Source: Tubulanus polymorphus (lineage: Eukaryota > Animalia > Nemertea). Taken from it: a stretch of 64,000 nt of DNA. The stretch spans positions 31,270,150 to 31,334,149 of the forward strand of contig NC_134026.1 in the NCBI RefSeq assembly GCF_964204645.1. Reading direction: 5' to 3'. The position numbers and the translations under genes are program-made. Shown piece after piece: positions 13,504 to 28,128 of this stretch (position 1 is its first letter; each line of letters opens with the position of its first letter). The notes under the pieces are model-generated. The model worked only from the letters and a program-made list of their open reading frames with translations, did not search any database and was not told the DNA's origin.

Positions 13504-13779
13504 TAGTTTTGACATCGCCCTGACATAAACCGTTCAATTCTAGCATGTTATTTGTAACCCAAGTTGACTGTAGATACGGCCGCGTGAGATCGCGACCTCG
13601 CAATATTCTGTGTCCATTAAACCATCTGTAAACGTCAAATAGAAACCTGATTGATGTTCTTACAATCATCTAGCTATTTTTGATTAAGAATGAGTGACAA
13701 GTCGTGTTCGGTATTTTATCTGACATTGATGGCAGTGGAAGACACTTCGTGACAATAACTCGATACATTTACTTCTCTC

Positions 13780-13935
<156 letters not shown>

Positions 13936-14080
13936 CGCATCGTTACTAAAACTACTGACATCATTTTGATTATTAATGGAACATCAAAGATTTTTACAAC
14001 GGAACTCAGTCGATTGTTTAGTGAATGAATCACCGGTATCTGTGTGGTTGTTGTTAGTTAGTGGTGAAGTAGTATCGAAT

Positions 14081-14131
14081 CCCGATACTACTCGATACTA
14101 CCCGATACTACCCGATACTACCCGATACTAC
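14081..14131. repeat. 10-bp tandem cccgatacta, 5 copies
   Basis: Read directly. Confidence 0.85.
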
Positions 14132-15124
14132 AGACCTGGCTGAAAACATCATTTACTAATCACTAAAAGATCCCGACCCTTAATATCGATAGACGTATCT
14201 CAGACACAATCCAATTCAATCAATCTTTATTGAACCGTTATAGAATAAAGCTGAAACGTTGCTCAATAATATATTCATTTTATACAGAACTTTTTTGGAC
14301 TTAATTTCTGGATTTTACTCGGTCATTGTGAGCTACCGTATAAAATCTGACAAGCTGAATAAAATCTACGAAGACATGTCATTGTGAGCTGCCGTATAAA
14401 AACTGACACTCATGAAGAGTTGGTGTCTCATCGGTCAGGTGACCACTTAGCTCTTATAAGGAAATATAAAACGCGAAAAAATGTCGATGAATTTGAGTGT
14501 TAGGATTATTGATAACGGACCAGTGGTCCATTAATGGGCGGACTGAAATCCGTCTTGTTGTTTTGAGAGGCGGTATTTGTCGCTATAATCAGCGACGTCT
14601 CTGATTCAAAGTCGTGTTGACTAAAGGCCATTTACACTGCAAATTACGAGCCTGTAATCCAGTGTTCCGGTATCAATCGGGCAGGATCTCTTCCGTGCGT
14701 CGATACCATTGGACAATAGACTACAAGGCTTAAACCTACAAGATATCGGAACCGGAATTCACCGTGATGAGATTCTCAAAAACGATACCGAGAAGAATCT
14801 CTGAGAGTCTCGGTTTTGATGGGTGAGGATTTGGCACGTGTACACAACGGATTCTGCTCGAGTCAAACGGGATTACAGTCTTAACGACGGTTGTTAGCAG
14901 ACGCGCTCTTGAACAACGACTCATCACGATGACCTTTCTTTCTACGAGTATGGGGAGTCCAAGGATACGTGGAGTCAATGTTAATCGCGTTCTTAATCAA
15001 GGATGAAACGTGGAGGAAACTGGTTTTAACCTGGAGTCGAATCAGTAAAACGTAGGCACAGATAGTACTTTGTAACATTAAAAAATACCAGCTTTCGCTA
15101 CTAGGGTTTAAAAGCAGCTTCATT

Positions 15125-15215
15125 AGCCCCAGATCCTCCCCGCCAGCCCCAGCCTCAGATCCTCCCCGCCAGCCCCAGCCTCAGATCCTCCCCACCAGCC
15201 CCAGACTCAGATCCT
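15125..15215. repeat. 26-bp tandem, ~3 copies
   Basis: Unit cagatcctccccgccagccccagcct. Confidence 0.85.
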
Positions 15216-15759
15216 AATTTATGAGATTAAAATTAATCGCCCAGAAATCGTTTCACCCTTGAAATCATTCTGTGATTAGGTTTTTAAGATAGCCCGGAGC
15301 GTGGCGGAGGTCTTTGTCTCGTGGGCGGCTAGTCGGAGACTAAGTCGAATGTTTTTTTCCAATTCTTTCTCGGTAAATTGACCATAAGAATCAGACGGCT
15401 AACGCTACAGCTGTGACCGCGCAGTGTTAATACTGTCGGAACAAAAGCGACCTCCCGATAGGAAATAAGACCATTAGCAATACGTGAGATGTCAAATTGA
15501 AGACCGCTAAAATCAATTAGGAAACATTATTTTGCACTCAATACAGTAATTATTAATTTCAGCTTGTCTTTGATATGGACAGAAGGGTGGAGGGAGGGAG
15601 GGAGGGGGGGGGGGTAATATACGGTTTATTATTGTAAGATTCCGGCTTGTTCATTCTACCGGACTCTTTATTGTTTAAGTACATCTCGGTCCTCCGCCAT
15701 TTTCAGACATTTCTAATGAATGGATTTATTTTCAAGTGAAATAATGACAGTCGTTGTAA

Positions 15760-15980
15760 CAAATGATGACGTCACGCGCAGTGGGGTTGGGGTTTAAACC
15801 GAGTCCGCCGAGCTCGATGACGTCACTCGCGCAGCCTCTATTGGCGTTTTCAATAACGTCACGTGCCTCCAAACGGCCAGTGTGACGATGCTGAGTCAAT
15901 TAAATCTGTGACAATCAAAACAAATTAGAAATATACCAATGACAACGCCCCCTGTGACAGCGCCCCCTGTGACAACGCCA
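15760..15980. promoter_or_regulatory. Candidate enhancer/promoter: two CRE sites, CCAAT, E-box, MARE/AP-1 and CTCF-like repeats
   Basis: TGACGTCA at 15767 and 15818, reverse CCAAT (attgg) ~15840, gtcacgtg ~15858, tgctgagtca ~15889, and cgccccctgtg twice at ~15946-15971. Confidence 0.5.
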
Positions 15981-18005
15981 GCGGAAAGGTTAAAATTGAA
16001 TTCAACTTCCTGTTTATCTGAGGTTATCACAAGTCACCAACACTGACACATCTTTTAGTCAATACCACTGGATTCCACTCATCAAAGATTCCTTCAGACT
16101 CGGTGACAACTTTAGACCCTCTGTATTCCCCTCATCAAAGATTCCTTCACACCCGGTGACAACTTAGACCCTCTCGCAATCAATTTGTCAAAGACAAAGC
16201 GTCCGAAATTAAATTGGAGCGCGTTCACTCAGCCAGAAATTAAGATGATTCAGAATGACAAACAGCTCTTCTATTAGCCTCAAATTGGATTAGATTGTCT
16301 TGTATTTTTGTTAAAATGTCGCCCGCGGCCTCGTTTTGACAACAGTTCCCGCATTTTGTATCGCGCGGAGATGATTGGAGCGATGAATTTATGCGCTGAG
16401 AACCCAGTCCCCTTTAGGGCTGATCACGAAAATACTGATGAAGAGTTGTTGAATTAAGTACTGCTTTAAGAGGCATCAAAAGTGACAATTCCCCCGGTCA
16501 CAGGAAACAAGAACCTGACAGTCATAAATGACTGGAGATAGAAAATGCGGCGCGTGAATCTCGCGAGAAGTAACGAGAAGTAACGAGATCATCATACACG
16601 ACGCGCAGATAAAATACATAAACATTGAAACATATTCCTGTCACAGGACGGCTCCCACGAGGAGACGATAGAACCAGCAGAAAGGCATCATTACTTATGC
16701 AATTCTTGTTAGACGCAACCATAACAATTCTGGACGTTGTGTGTGTATTGTAATTAGTGACATATAGATTAATCGCGTTAATGGCTATTGAGGGAGAGAC
16801 GTGTTACCAATGGGTAAAATCCGATATGTGTGAGAGACAGCCGGCTGACAAATGGACATCCTGTTATAAACTCCGTTACAATTCAATATGTAACATCCTG
16901 TCGTCTGCGAATTGATTTCCGGTCAATGGATACCGATATGTTTACACATATAGGTGTCTAATCAAAAGAGTTCCAGGTCTTTCATCGTCTATGATATTCA
17001 TATCTGAATATTGAACGTGGTCTGATGAACTTAGCCGAGGTAAGATTGGCCTGAAATGACCGTGACGATTTATAGACCATTTCCTCACGCTTCCAATAAT
17101 ACCTACCTCCGGTTAAAAGGTGTTGCTATGACGCGTTATTTTTGTGAAAAATTCGAATTTCGCTCAACAATATCGTATCATAGCAATGTAATAACTCATC
17201 CACAAACCGGAGGTATTATTGGAAGTTTCAAAATGGTGCCGCATACCTCACGGTCATGCTAGATATTTCGAGGTTGGAAAGACGACGGTTTTGTGGATTT
17301 GTCAGATCAGATCAGATTCAAATGAAGAACGTGTGAATGTGAATAAGAAGTTGAGGCTGAATGCCGTGTCACAAGAGGCTAATCTCATTAAGGGCGTCTC
17401 AACCAGAGGAAACAGCACGGTTTGTAAGTGACAGCGTTATCTTCTCACCAACATTCCTCATGTTTAGTTACTGGCATTGTCTCAACGGATTAGCACCGAG
17501 ATTCATTTCAAGCGACATGGCGAACATTATCGTTCCGAACCCATGACATCATCGCCGGTATCCGCGCGGAGTGGAATCCCGTGGTCTCCTCGGATCACGA
17601 CACCGTTTGAAACAGACGAGTGGTTTTTGGTATGCCGAGCAACAACAAAACGATTCAGACAAAAGCATTTGGTGTAAAAGTAAATTTTCATGTGCTGTTT
17701 GAAATCCCTGATCGATGTCGTCTCCAGTGTCATTAGTCAAACAGATTGTAACTCGCTGAGAGGCAGGGCACATCTGACTCATCATCGCAGGCTCAGCAGC
17801 AGCAGCAGGCGTCAGCTCCTCCCTCTCGCCTCCAGACAGAAACTACTGAACCGCGCACTTTAACCGTCGCGAAGAAACTGCCTCTCTCACCCTGAAGACA
17901 ATATCTCGTGACAAAGCAAAGAAGTCATCCTCAGTTTTACAGACTTTCAAAGTTACTGTCATCTACAGCCTTTTAGTTTTATCTGTTAAGCTCGTTTGTC
18001 TAAAT

Positions 18006-18122
18006 ATGGCTCGAAGTTTTGGAGTGGTATTAGGTGCTGCTTCTGACAACGGCACAACAAGAACGCCATTGCGGGGGCTGGACCCTCAAGAAAAACGACA
18101 TATTCTGAAAATCATTTTTTGA
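18006..18122 (+). CDS. Candidate 38-aa micropeptide MARSFGVVLGAASDNGTTRTPLRGLDPQEKRHILKIIF
   Basis: The ATG has a strong context (AAT ATG G). It lies in unique sequence downstream of AP-1/CRE-half sites at ~17776-17813 and is followed by AU-rich UTR-like sequence. No homology recognised. Confidence 0.3.
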   Translation: MARSFGVVLGAASDNGTTRTPLRGLDPQEKRHILKIIF

Positions 18123-18455
18123 ACGGACAGATTATTTAAACAATGTTTTACAAGAAATAAAAAGTTAAAAAAACATTTTTCTCTTTAAGAAAAACTGAAT
18201 CCATGTTTAGCTTGAATTGTCTCAGACCTTGCACCTTGCCGTTTGCTTGGTGACCTCCGAGTAATCATTTTGTACAATGTATTTCGTGAATCAAAATTTT
18301 CTTTTGTTGAGAAAATGAATCATATCTATCTGTGTAAATACATCGCGAGACAAAGTTGCTCAAAAGTTGGTTGAATTTAACCATAACAGAAAACCGTTTG
18401 CAAAGTCGCAACTCTTGTCTACAACTCTTTCCATCAACTTTTGAACAACATTTTG

Positions 18456-18673
18456 AGGCTAAAAAAAATTGATACCTTGTTTCTCCGCTCTGCTGAGCTT
18501 AAATGTTGACCCGGCCGCCTATCTACCCTATACATTACTTTTTTAAAAATCGTGATCAATTTTACCATAACAGACCCGGCCGCTATAGAAATGAACTGTT
18601 TATAAATTTCATCATATGTTACAAAAATGACCCGGCCGCTGCGGAGAAACAAGGTATCATTTTTGTTTAGCCT
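18456..18673. mobile_element. MITE with ~33-bp TIRs
   Basis: aggctaaaaaaaattgataccttgtttctccgc ... gcggagaaacaaggtatcatttttgtttagcct, with internal gacccggccgc three times. Confidence 0.8.
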
Positions 18674-20089
18674 AGCCCCTGACTTTTATTGGGTTTATGT
18701 TGAAATGATATAGAGAACGTAATTAGTGTATATATGCGAACGGTATACATAACTATAACATAAGGCTCTCGTCGACCACACCCGGCCTCCAGCTTTTACT
18801 GGCTACCGACTTTCTACTTTTGTGTCAGTGACAAAGATAAAAAAACCTCCTGGGCTGGAGAGTATTACTGCAGCACTGATATTTGTTGAGTGCACACAAA
18901 AGGGGTTTCCTTGAGTCATTGTCAGCCGAGTCAGTGTGTGTATGACAGAGTCGGAATAATTGACAGTAGATCCTGCTTCAGATACACGATCGTTGTTTAA
19001 AGTGAAGATTCTTCACAATCGCTGACCATTACGTGACTAATACCACAAGTGTGTATTACTCCGAGTTTAATAGTCCGGCCGAGTCCCAGCGCCGCGGAAT
19101 GTGCGCCGAGTAGTGAGAGCGAACTGACTGACTGACTGACTGACTGACTGAGCTAACTTAGGTCAATCACTAAATATGATCTCATCTTCCGATCATGCAA
19201 TAAAGAGGAATCATGGAGAATGTGCATCACGCGTGTATCAGTACTGTGTGCGGGTCTCTGATCCCGAGTTCCAGTCTCACTATAAACCGTACCGGTCAAA
19301 AAGCTCATTATCTAGCCGGTGAAATTAACTAAGAAATTCATTTGCAAAATTGGGTCAGTTGCTCAAAGGTAAAAATAAAGATAACCAAAATTAAAGATAA
19401 CCAACCGCGGATTAATACCAAAATAACAATGAACTTTTATTGTCACTATGTCAACTATCCACTGGACCAACTGGACACTAAGCAACTGCAGTCCCATCTC
19501 TTCCCATGATTGTCCACTCCCCGAGTTTCCCAACGAGTTTCCTCAACGCTAACTATTTTTGAACGAAAATGCCCAATAATGACCGCCACAAAAAATCGAT
19601 AAAACTAATAAATCGATAGATGGTTAGTTACCAATATGGAGGAGTTTCTCGTAACAACAGTAGTGATCGTTATTATGACGGAGATATGCGTGCATAATCC
19701 TCCACAGGATTATAGAAACCAATATATAATCCCGATCTCCGCTGAGAGAGAAATTCTTCTTAATATAATTAGTATTCATGGCAGGTATTAATCAGTGACT
19801 AATATCGTTATGTATATAAAGTGAACATGCTGGGAATAATAAGAAATGTGTGAAGATGATTAAACCAGTTTACAGAATGACCTTTCATCTGCGCGCTCCT
19901 AAATAGAACAACTCGGTACAGAGACTATAGAATGTTCGCATGATCCAATAACCTTGACTTTCCTGACGAATATGAATGTGTGACGATATTTTTTCCTCTC
20001 AACGATTAGAAATATTGGGTGCATTTCCGAGTGGTAATAGAAACCGTTGTTGTTGCTATAAGAGGCCATTAATTTATCGATTTCGCAGG

Positions 20090-20099
20090 CCATATAAGG
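20090..20099. promoter_or_regulatory. Perfect CArG box (SRF site)
   Basis: CCATATAAGG. Other CC(W)6GG matches lie at 14528 and 35711. Confidence 0.3.
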
Positions 20100-21460
20100 A
20101 TACACGTAATATATATATATGAAGAGATATTTAAAGGATATTTTTTAAACGTTCTGTAAATGCTCCTATTAATGTTTGATTGTTGCATTCAAGGAAAAAC
20201 CATGAAAAACATAACATTTATTCAGAACCAAGACCTACTTTCGAACGTCTTGCGGTACATTTAGCCTTTTAAGTGCATTCTTTTATCATCGAAAGACATG
20301 AGGCACTATTAATTAGCAAAGGGTCACATTAAAAAATTTGTTGATGGCTTAGATGTATTATTTTACAGCATTTCCAAGTAGAACACTTGTTCTTTGTAAT
20401 TATCCTCAATAGTAAGACAATAAAATGTTAATGAGATTTGCCGGTCTTGTACAAGGGCCAAACGAGACCCCATCGATGGATTCGCGCCCGATTTAACGAC
20501 ACATTTTTGTGAGACAGGTCTATATTTTTCAAACTGAAACCTGGCACTAAAGTCAACAAGATACTTTCACGATCTAGAACTCGCACGCTCCGATTATTTT
20601 CGAGGTAATGCTTCTACTCCCAGTAGACAGAGAGGACTCGCAGGCAGGGCCCCTGAGGGATCAGCTGAAAAGTTAAAGGCTTAGCTAAAGCCCGCCGAAT
20701 AAAACCGATATCTTAAATAAGATTTTATTTTTAGTGCGAGAAGTCGTAAAACTCCCTACGGTAAAAACCGAAACTCGTCGAAGATCAACATCAGTGCCAA
20801 TGATTTTTACTTTTTAACGGTTTCTACAGAGCGTTTATAACTCCCTAAGGTTTACGGCGAAACTTGCCAGAGAATAAACAACCTCGCAGAATATTACAAA
20901 ATTAATAATTAATAAACTACAACAAACTATCGGACTTTTTACAAGCGGAATATTACAAAAAAAACATAAAATTTACAAAACAATCTTCAACCACCTTGTA
21001 ATATAATTACTTCCAAAATCTCGATGTATTAAATTAGGCTGTCAACAAAATTAAACCTAATAAGTCGCTTGCCGGTTCAGACTGGCTGGAAGATTGGAAC
21101 CGGAACCGAATCGCTGTCACTACTCAGTCAAAAACCAAATTTGTGAGATCAACATAAGGACTAATGGTTTGTACTTATAAACTGTTAAAGTTTGATTCAT
21201 CTTTATGAATTCATTTCTAGTAAATTTGGTTCCAACTTTATCATCCAAAAAATATTCGAGTATTTTTCGCTGCCGGGCTAAAGCACGCATGCGCATCGAT
21301 CAAAGTTTTTTAACCCGGGGATATAGACATCGAGATCAAGTCAACGCCTAAAAGCATTTCAGCAAAAATCAATGTGTAGATTTTACTTCCAGTAACCTTT
21401 GCATCCATCATTTAAAGTTGTAAATGTGTTGTAAGTTATTACAGTAGTCAAAGGCCGGAA

Positions 21461-21746
<286 letters not shown>

Positions 21747-22302
21747 ATGAAATAACACCACCAGAGAACGATTAATGAAATATATTTATTTATGTGTGTG
21801 AACGAAATGTTGTAATAAATCAATTTGTTGCGTAAGTTAAATCTAAAATATTGCGCAGTTCGTAGTTCGTCGTCTGGCGACAATATAATAGTAGTATAAT
21901 CATCAGCTGATCAGCCGGTAATATCCCCCAATCAGAGAACGACTAACTCAAATAGACGACTGCTAATAATTGAGCGAGTCTGGGACTGGATCCAGTTTTA
22001 TAAACAAAAAACTCCAATTTTTGGTTCCATGTTTTGGTAAAGTTGCTATTTTTTGTTTACTTTAATATGTTTTTTCAGTGAGGACAAAAATTAAAAGTAT
22101 GACTTTTTAAGCTTTTCCACAGAAAACTGGGCCCAAGGTTAGTTCATGATGGGGCCATGGTCACCTAGGCTTAACCGTGCATTGTGACAAATTTTGAATG
22201 ATTTTCGGCCTTTTTTGGAATGTAAGGTATTAAAAAGGTCACAGTGTTGACGGCCAAGAACATTACATTGTGCAAACTACTCAGGGAATTATGCACTGGC
22301 AT

Positions 22303-22364
22303 CCACGGTCTAGTGGTAGTAACACTTGTCGTCCACGCTGAAGCCCTGACGGTTCGAATCCCGA
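22303..22364 (+). mobile_element. tRNA-derived SINE-like head
   Basis: A-box-like cggtctagtggtag followed by B box ggttcgaatcccg. Confidence 0.45.
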
Positions 22365-22870
22365 ATTTATTTTTGAAAACTATTTTTCACATCATGTCTT
22401 CAAAATGATTGATGACCCTTTCCCTTGAAATGAATCCAGCAGAATATAGCCTTTGTGTAGATGCTATTTATGTCTTTAAAGATCTGATGCTCTAAACAGA
22501 ATTTTAAAAAGACACGAAGGAGAAACAAACAGCTAGTTATTTTGTGTTTGGAATGGGACAAAGTTGAAAAACCACTTAGAATATCAGACTGACGGCGCCC
22601 TAGCGAGATAACTATATAATATACATGTAACTACTATCGTATATTTGTATGTAACGAAATAGTTTTAGGAAAAAATAGAAATAAATAGAACGTAATGAAA
22701 AAGTTCGTATAAATATTGCATCACAAACTGCGGCTATAATTCAGAAACAACTGGCGTGAAATAGTGACACAGGAAACTAATGATCAAATTACCGAAATAA
22801 TATAGAACAAATTCAATAACTGTCGAATGTGGTGATTATATCACTAATCGTATATAATAGGGACCGCTTA

Positions 22871-23386
<516 letters not shown>

Positions 23387-23974
23387 TAAGGGCCGGTATC
23401 TGATGAAATAACCAATGAAGTAACCTGTCCTATCGTGAAGACGGCGACGATATGAAATGAGTGTCATAAGCAATTATATTGATATGGTGATAGAGACGGC
23501 TTGGGTTGACTCAGACCGTCGAACAGCCAGCTGCCGAGAGAGAGAGCTGATAGATATCAGTCCACAGCCACCGAAAAACAAACTAGAAAATCCGGATTTT
23601 TCGTCGCGGCAGAAAATCGAAAGAGATTGTTTTAAGATATGAACCGACGTTTGCGTTTAAACCGAGTTCATTGACTCGATTTGAATCCTGCCGCTGAGTT
23701 CCACTAACTCGGGACCCTGTTCAGGGCCCAGTTCCACTCTCTCAGGTTCAAACTACATTGTAATTAGGGACTACTTTTGAAGAACTTGTCAAATCCATAA
23801 AGGGCACTTTGATGTCCCAAAAATGCGATATTTTGCCCACTACCGCGCTGATATTGTAGTTTTGTTAACAGAACGAAAAAGGACACTCAAAAATATTTGA
23901 TGGACTGGTACAAGTTTCATAATTGAATTCTGATATTCTAACCCAGGTTCAACTTCCACAGTGGTTCACACCAG

Positions 23975-24112
23975 GGGCCGGTTGCATATTCATGGCTTAG
24001 AATTAAGACCATTCTAAGACCAACTTAGTTCTATAGCCAGTCGAACAACTTAAGACCAGTCTTAAGATTTAAGACCACTTTTCTACTTAAGTCATGAATG
24101 TGCAACTGGCCC
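23975..24112. mobile_element. Short, unexpanded member of the 47-bp-array MITE family (Harbinger-like)
   Basis: TIRs gggccggttgcatattcatggctta / taagtcatgaatgtgcaactggccc, flanked by CAG and CTG (CWG), with roughly one internal unit. Confidence 0.8.
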
Positions 24113-25956
24113 CTGAGTCTTTAATATCTCAGAGTAGTGGAACTGGATTTATGGAATCAAATCCCAACCCATTAAACATAACATTGCGGAGCCTCTATTT
24201 ATAGGTTCCTACATTTTCTGAAGTTGTTGTTTTTGTGTGGTTTATTTGTGTTGTTCTCGACAAAATGGAGATTTGATTTTTCGAGTAGATGAAACAGAAA
24301 TAGAAGACGGGAGAGAACAGCGAGAGGTCTCCTCGTGTAGTTGGGTGGTTTCTCATTGAACACACTGACTCTTTGGATTGTAGATAAACCGGTGAAATGA
24401 CCCTGTAGGCTTCTACACAAACCAGGTGTACAGATAATGATAAAGATATGATGTGCTTCAAACAACTATTTAAACCATCCAGATTCAGTCAAGCACAAGT
24501 CGATTCGATTCGCTATACTCCAGCAGCATAAAACAATCAGACATCCACTAAATAAATATTTGTACTAAAGCAATATTTACACAAATTGTGATAGGGGTTG
24601 TTTGACATTGTGACGAGTAGTTCGAAAAAAACCGACAGTATTGTTATTCTAACTGTTTCCTTTGTTACCTAACAACTTCATTGTAAATTCTATCGATAAA
24701 TTGTTCTGGTAATCTCGAGTCTTTTGGGGCTCGAACCTAGTCTAACGCGGCAGATCGATGAGGGTCGTGGTAACTTTTAATAAATAAATCGTAGTTTAAT
24801 CGAATTTTTGAATCGTCGACGAGGAATTTAATTTTCGCTGTTTATTAACGCGAGAAAAAAAGCTAAATGATTTGTGAGGTATAATTTGAAGTGATAGCGC
24901 GCCCTGGTAACGGCAGCCGTAGGCGGTTAGTTTAATGAGATCTTACGCGTAAATCTGCTCCAACTAACAACAGCTGTATGTAAAATAAAACTAATGAGCG
25001 ACTGGCTGAATTTCAAAAACTCTTCTTCATTGTTACTATGGTTACAATCTCTTATACACGGTATAGTATGAAATACAAGTAGTCAGAAAATGGTGAGGTT
25101 TTTTTATATGAAATCTGTTTGGCTTCATTCGATATACGGAATAATGAGGTTGATGTCGCGCGCGCGCTCGCAGCTCGCGGAGTGTCTGCTGTAATTAGAA
25201 TTATGGTAAAAACATGGTGGACCGGTTTATATTCCACGTGTATAACCTAGCTGCGTGAAGCGACCCCATGCGGCGCCAACTGGCATTCACCGAGTGTTTA
25301 TTACATGGCGTCCGACCGGGCTAACTTCCGGTGAAGGCAGCTGTTCCGATCCAGGGGTCAAAATAACTGCTCGTTTTCACGCAAACAGCAACACAACAGT
25401 TGTTGCTGTTTTCCTGTCTCCAAGGCGGCAATAGAGGCGACCAGTGAGGAGTCCATAGGAACCAGTCCTTTTATAACAACTTCAACTAAAATGGCGTAAT
25501 TGTATTGACTTCATAAATATTTAGGTAATCAGTCAGATCAGTAGGCGCCATTTCTCAACACTTCCAACAGAAACATCAAAGATCTCATAATGAGTACCAC
25601 AACCCAGTAATCCGGTTCATGCAACCCGGTTCATAGAACACACGGGCCACAAAACAATCTGCAACAATTAAACCGTCATAACCATAGTTACTGAGTTTTT
25701 TCGCGTCTGTAATTTCGAGGCCACTGCGGCTGAAATGACAACAATCATTGGGAAAATGTATTTCCGGTCGGGCGCCCGCCATATTGGTTGAATAAGTGCT
25801 ATAGTAATAAAAGGTCCTTGATCGAGAATCGTCATTATAACGCGGCGTGTGGGCGACAGACCGGTAATCATACCCTCCAACATTAACTACAGCGGTCAGC
25901 TACTAATTTGTCACAATTCCGACAAACAGTAAAAAGGATAAACTAAACAACAAGAT

Positions 25957-26444
25957 ACTGACCGGTGCTGCGGACACTGACCGGTGCTGCGGACACTGAC
26001 CGGTGCTGCGGACACTGACCGGTGCTGCGGACACTGACCGGTGCTGCGGACACTGACCGGTGCTGCGGACACTGACCGGTGCTGCGGACACTGACCGGTG
26101 CTGCGGACACTGACCGGTGCTGCGGACACTGACCGGTGCTGCGGACACTGACCGGTGCTGCGGACACTGACCGGTGCTGCGGACACTGACCGCTGCTGCG
26201 GACACTGACCGCTGCTGCGGACACTGACCGCTGCTGCGGACACTGACCGGTGCTGCGGACACTGACCGGTGCTGCGGACACTGACCGGTGCTGCGGACAC
26301 TGACCGGTGCTGCGGACACTGACCGGTGCTGCGGACACTGACCGGTGCTGCGGACACTGACCGGTGCTGCGGACACTGACCGGTGCTGCGGACACTGACC
26401 GGTGCTGCGGACACTGACCGGTGCTGCGGACACTGACCGGTGCT
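25957..26444. repeat. 19-bp minisatellite, ~25 copies
   Basis: Unit actgaccggtgctgcggac. Three adjacent variant units carry ccgctg. Confidence 0.97.
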
Positions 26445-27834
26445 ACGCGTTCGCAATAATCTTTTTTGTGCGTGTCATGAATTTGATTATCATCCTGTAG
26501 CTGATTCTCTAAGTAAACGTATTGTAAATATCAGACCAGAAATTCGTCTCTTAAAGAAAACAAATCAGTATCGTTCTAAAGTCAGACATTTACTTTAAAA
26601 AAAACCTGAGCGAAATATCCGCAAAATAATAAGCTACCTAAGGGTGCAGTTTTAAAAGTTAGAAAACAATCTTGTGGTTTTATTGCTATTGGTTACACGT
26701 ACTTTATTATGAAGACAATAATTCAAATTAAACCGTTTTTAAACTGAAACTTTTTATCCTGAAATCGAACTGTGACTCATGAAATATAAACTACGAACAA
26801 CAATCGATAAGATTTGTTACTTACCGCCGGTACAAATAATTATTTATTTGCAGTTTTAGCCTTTGGTTCATTTTTGTCCGTGAAACGTTTGACATTTCCG
26901 GAACAAAATGTCTTTTCTCGAGTTTTCCCGTTCAAATAAACAAAAATCATTATCGAAATACTAGTGACCTTTATGATTCGACCTATAGGCTGTTATAGGC
27001 TGTTACGTAAGATCTGAATATAACTAATATTATCGTTGAATCTATGACTAAAAACAATATCTGTTTATACTCCGTTCTTAATCAATATTGACACTTATAC
27101 TTTTAAACTCAACGTTGCTATATAAATGTCACAGTTACGTTAGATATATCACGTATATTGACATTGTTGTAGACTAATAACAGTCTGGTACGTAAGCTTG
27201 TTAAGGGCCCTTCAAATAGTACACACTCGTCCATGGGGATAGAAGGGGGGGGGGGGGGTTAGGGGGAAAATTGACCACTTCTCCCATATTTACGTAATGC
27301 TTGAGGGCTTCAATCAAAAATCCATCCTACCTCCGAATAGAGTAACTTTCAGTAATGTGAAAATTGTTATGATTTTTATGATTAGCCTTTTTCATAATAC
27401 GATATTTTTTCTCGTCCCTGCTGATGATATCTTCGTAGAGTATTTATTTCAAATGTCACCCGCTGTGACACAATCAAAACAAAGCTCAATTTTCTATTTA
27501 TAACAATCAATGACGTTCGTTTCTTTGGAAACAAATCGTTTTAAATTCATATATTTAAAGATTGTTGTTTTCGAGGGAAATGTCGTCGCATTACGAATTT
27601 CTATTTGTTTCAAATTGTGACTGTATGACATATTGGGATATACGCAGAACTGATCGACCGGTAATCCCAGGGTCTCTTTCAGACATCATACATATCAAAT
27701 ATCCTTTTAAATAGCACTTTTAGTAGAAATTTCGCAGCATTTTCCTGATATTCCATGTATTGCATAAATCAATTGATAAATCTTAAGAAATGAAAGGTTA
27801 TAGACGTTTACTCTACTATAGTAAAAATATCGGG

Positions 27835-28128
27835 ATCTAAAACTCATTTTAGTTCTATAACCAATATAACAACTTAAGACCAGTTTTAAGATCATTTTTG
27901 GTCTTTAACCAATCTAAGAAATTAAGACAAGTTTAAGCTCATTTTGGTTCTAATAGTCAATACAACAACTTTAAGACGAGTCTAAGCTCATTTGGTTTTA
28001 TAACCAATCTAACAACTGAAAACCAGTCTAAGTTCATCTTAGTTCTATAACCAATCTAACAACTTAAGACTAGTTTCAAGTCCATTAATTTGGTCTTCAA
28101 TGAGTCACGCCTGTACAACCAACCCCTG
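27835..28128. mobile_element. Diverged 47-bp-array MITE copy
   Basis: Same internal units, ending gagtcacgcctgtacaaccaacccctg. Confidence 0.75.

Noticed and set aside
18078-18086. LDP motif reminiscent of tarsal-less/mille-pattes peptides
   Set aside because: It lacks the LDPTGxY consensus and the repeated ORFs, so no gene symbol was assigned.
25903-26456. Repetitive ORFs here and at 45.4, 46.0, 51.3, 51.9, 60.7 and 61.5 kb
   Set aside because: They are open in several frames at once because the minisatellite units lack stops.
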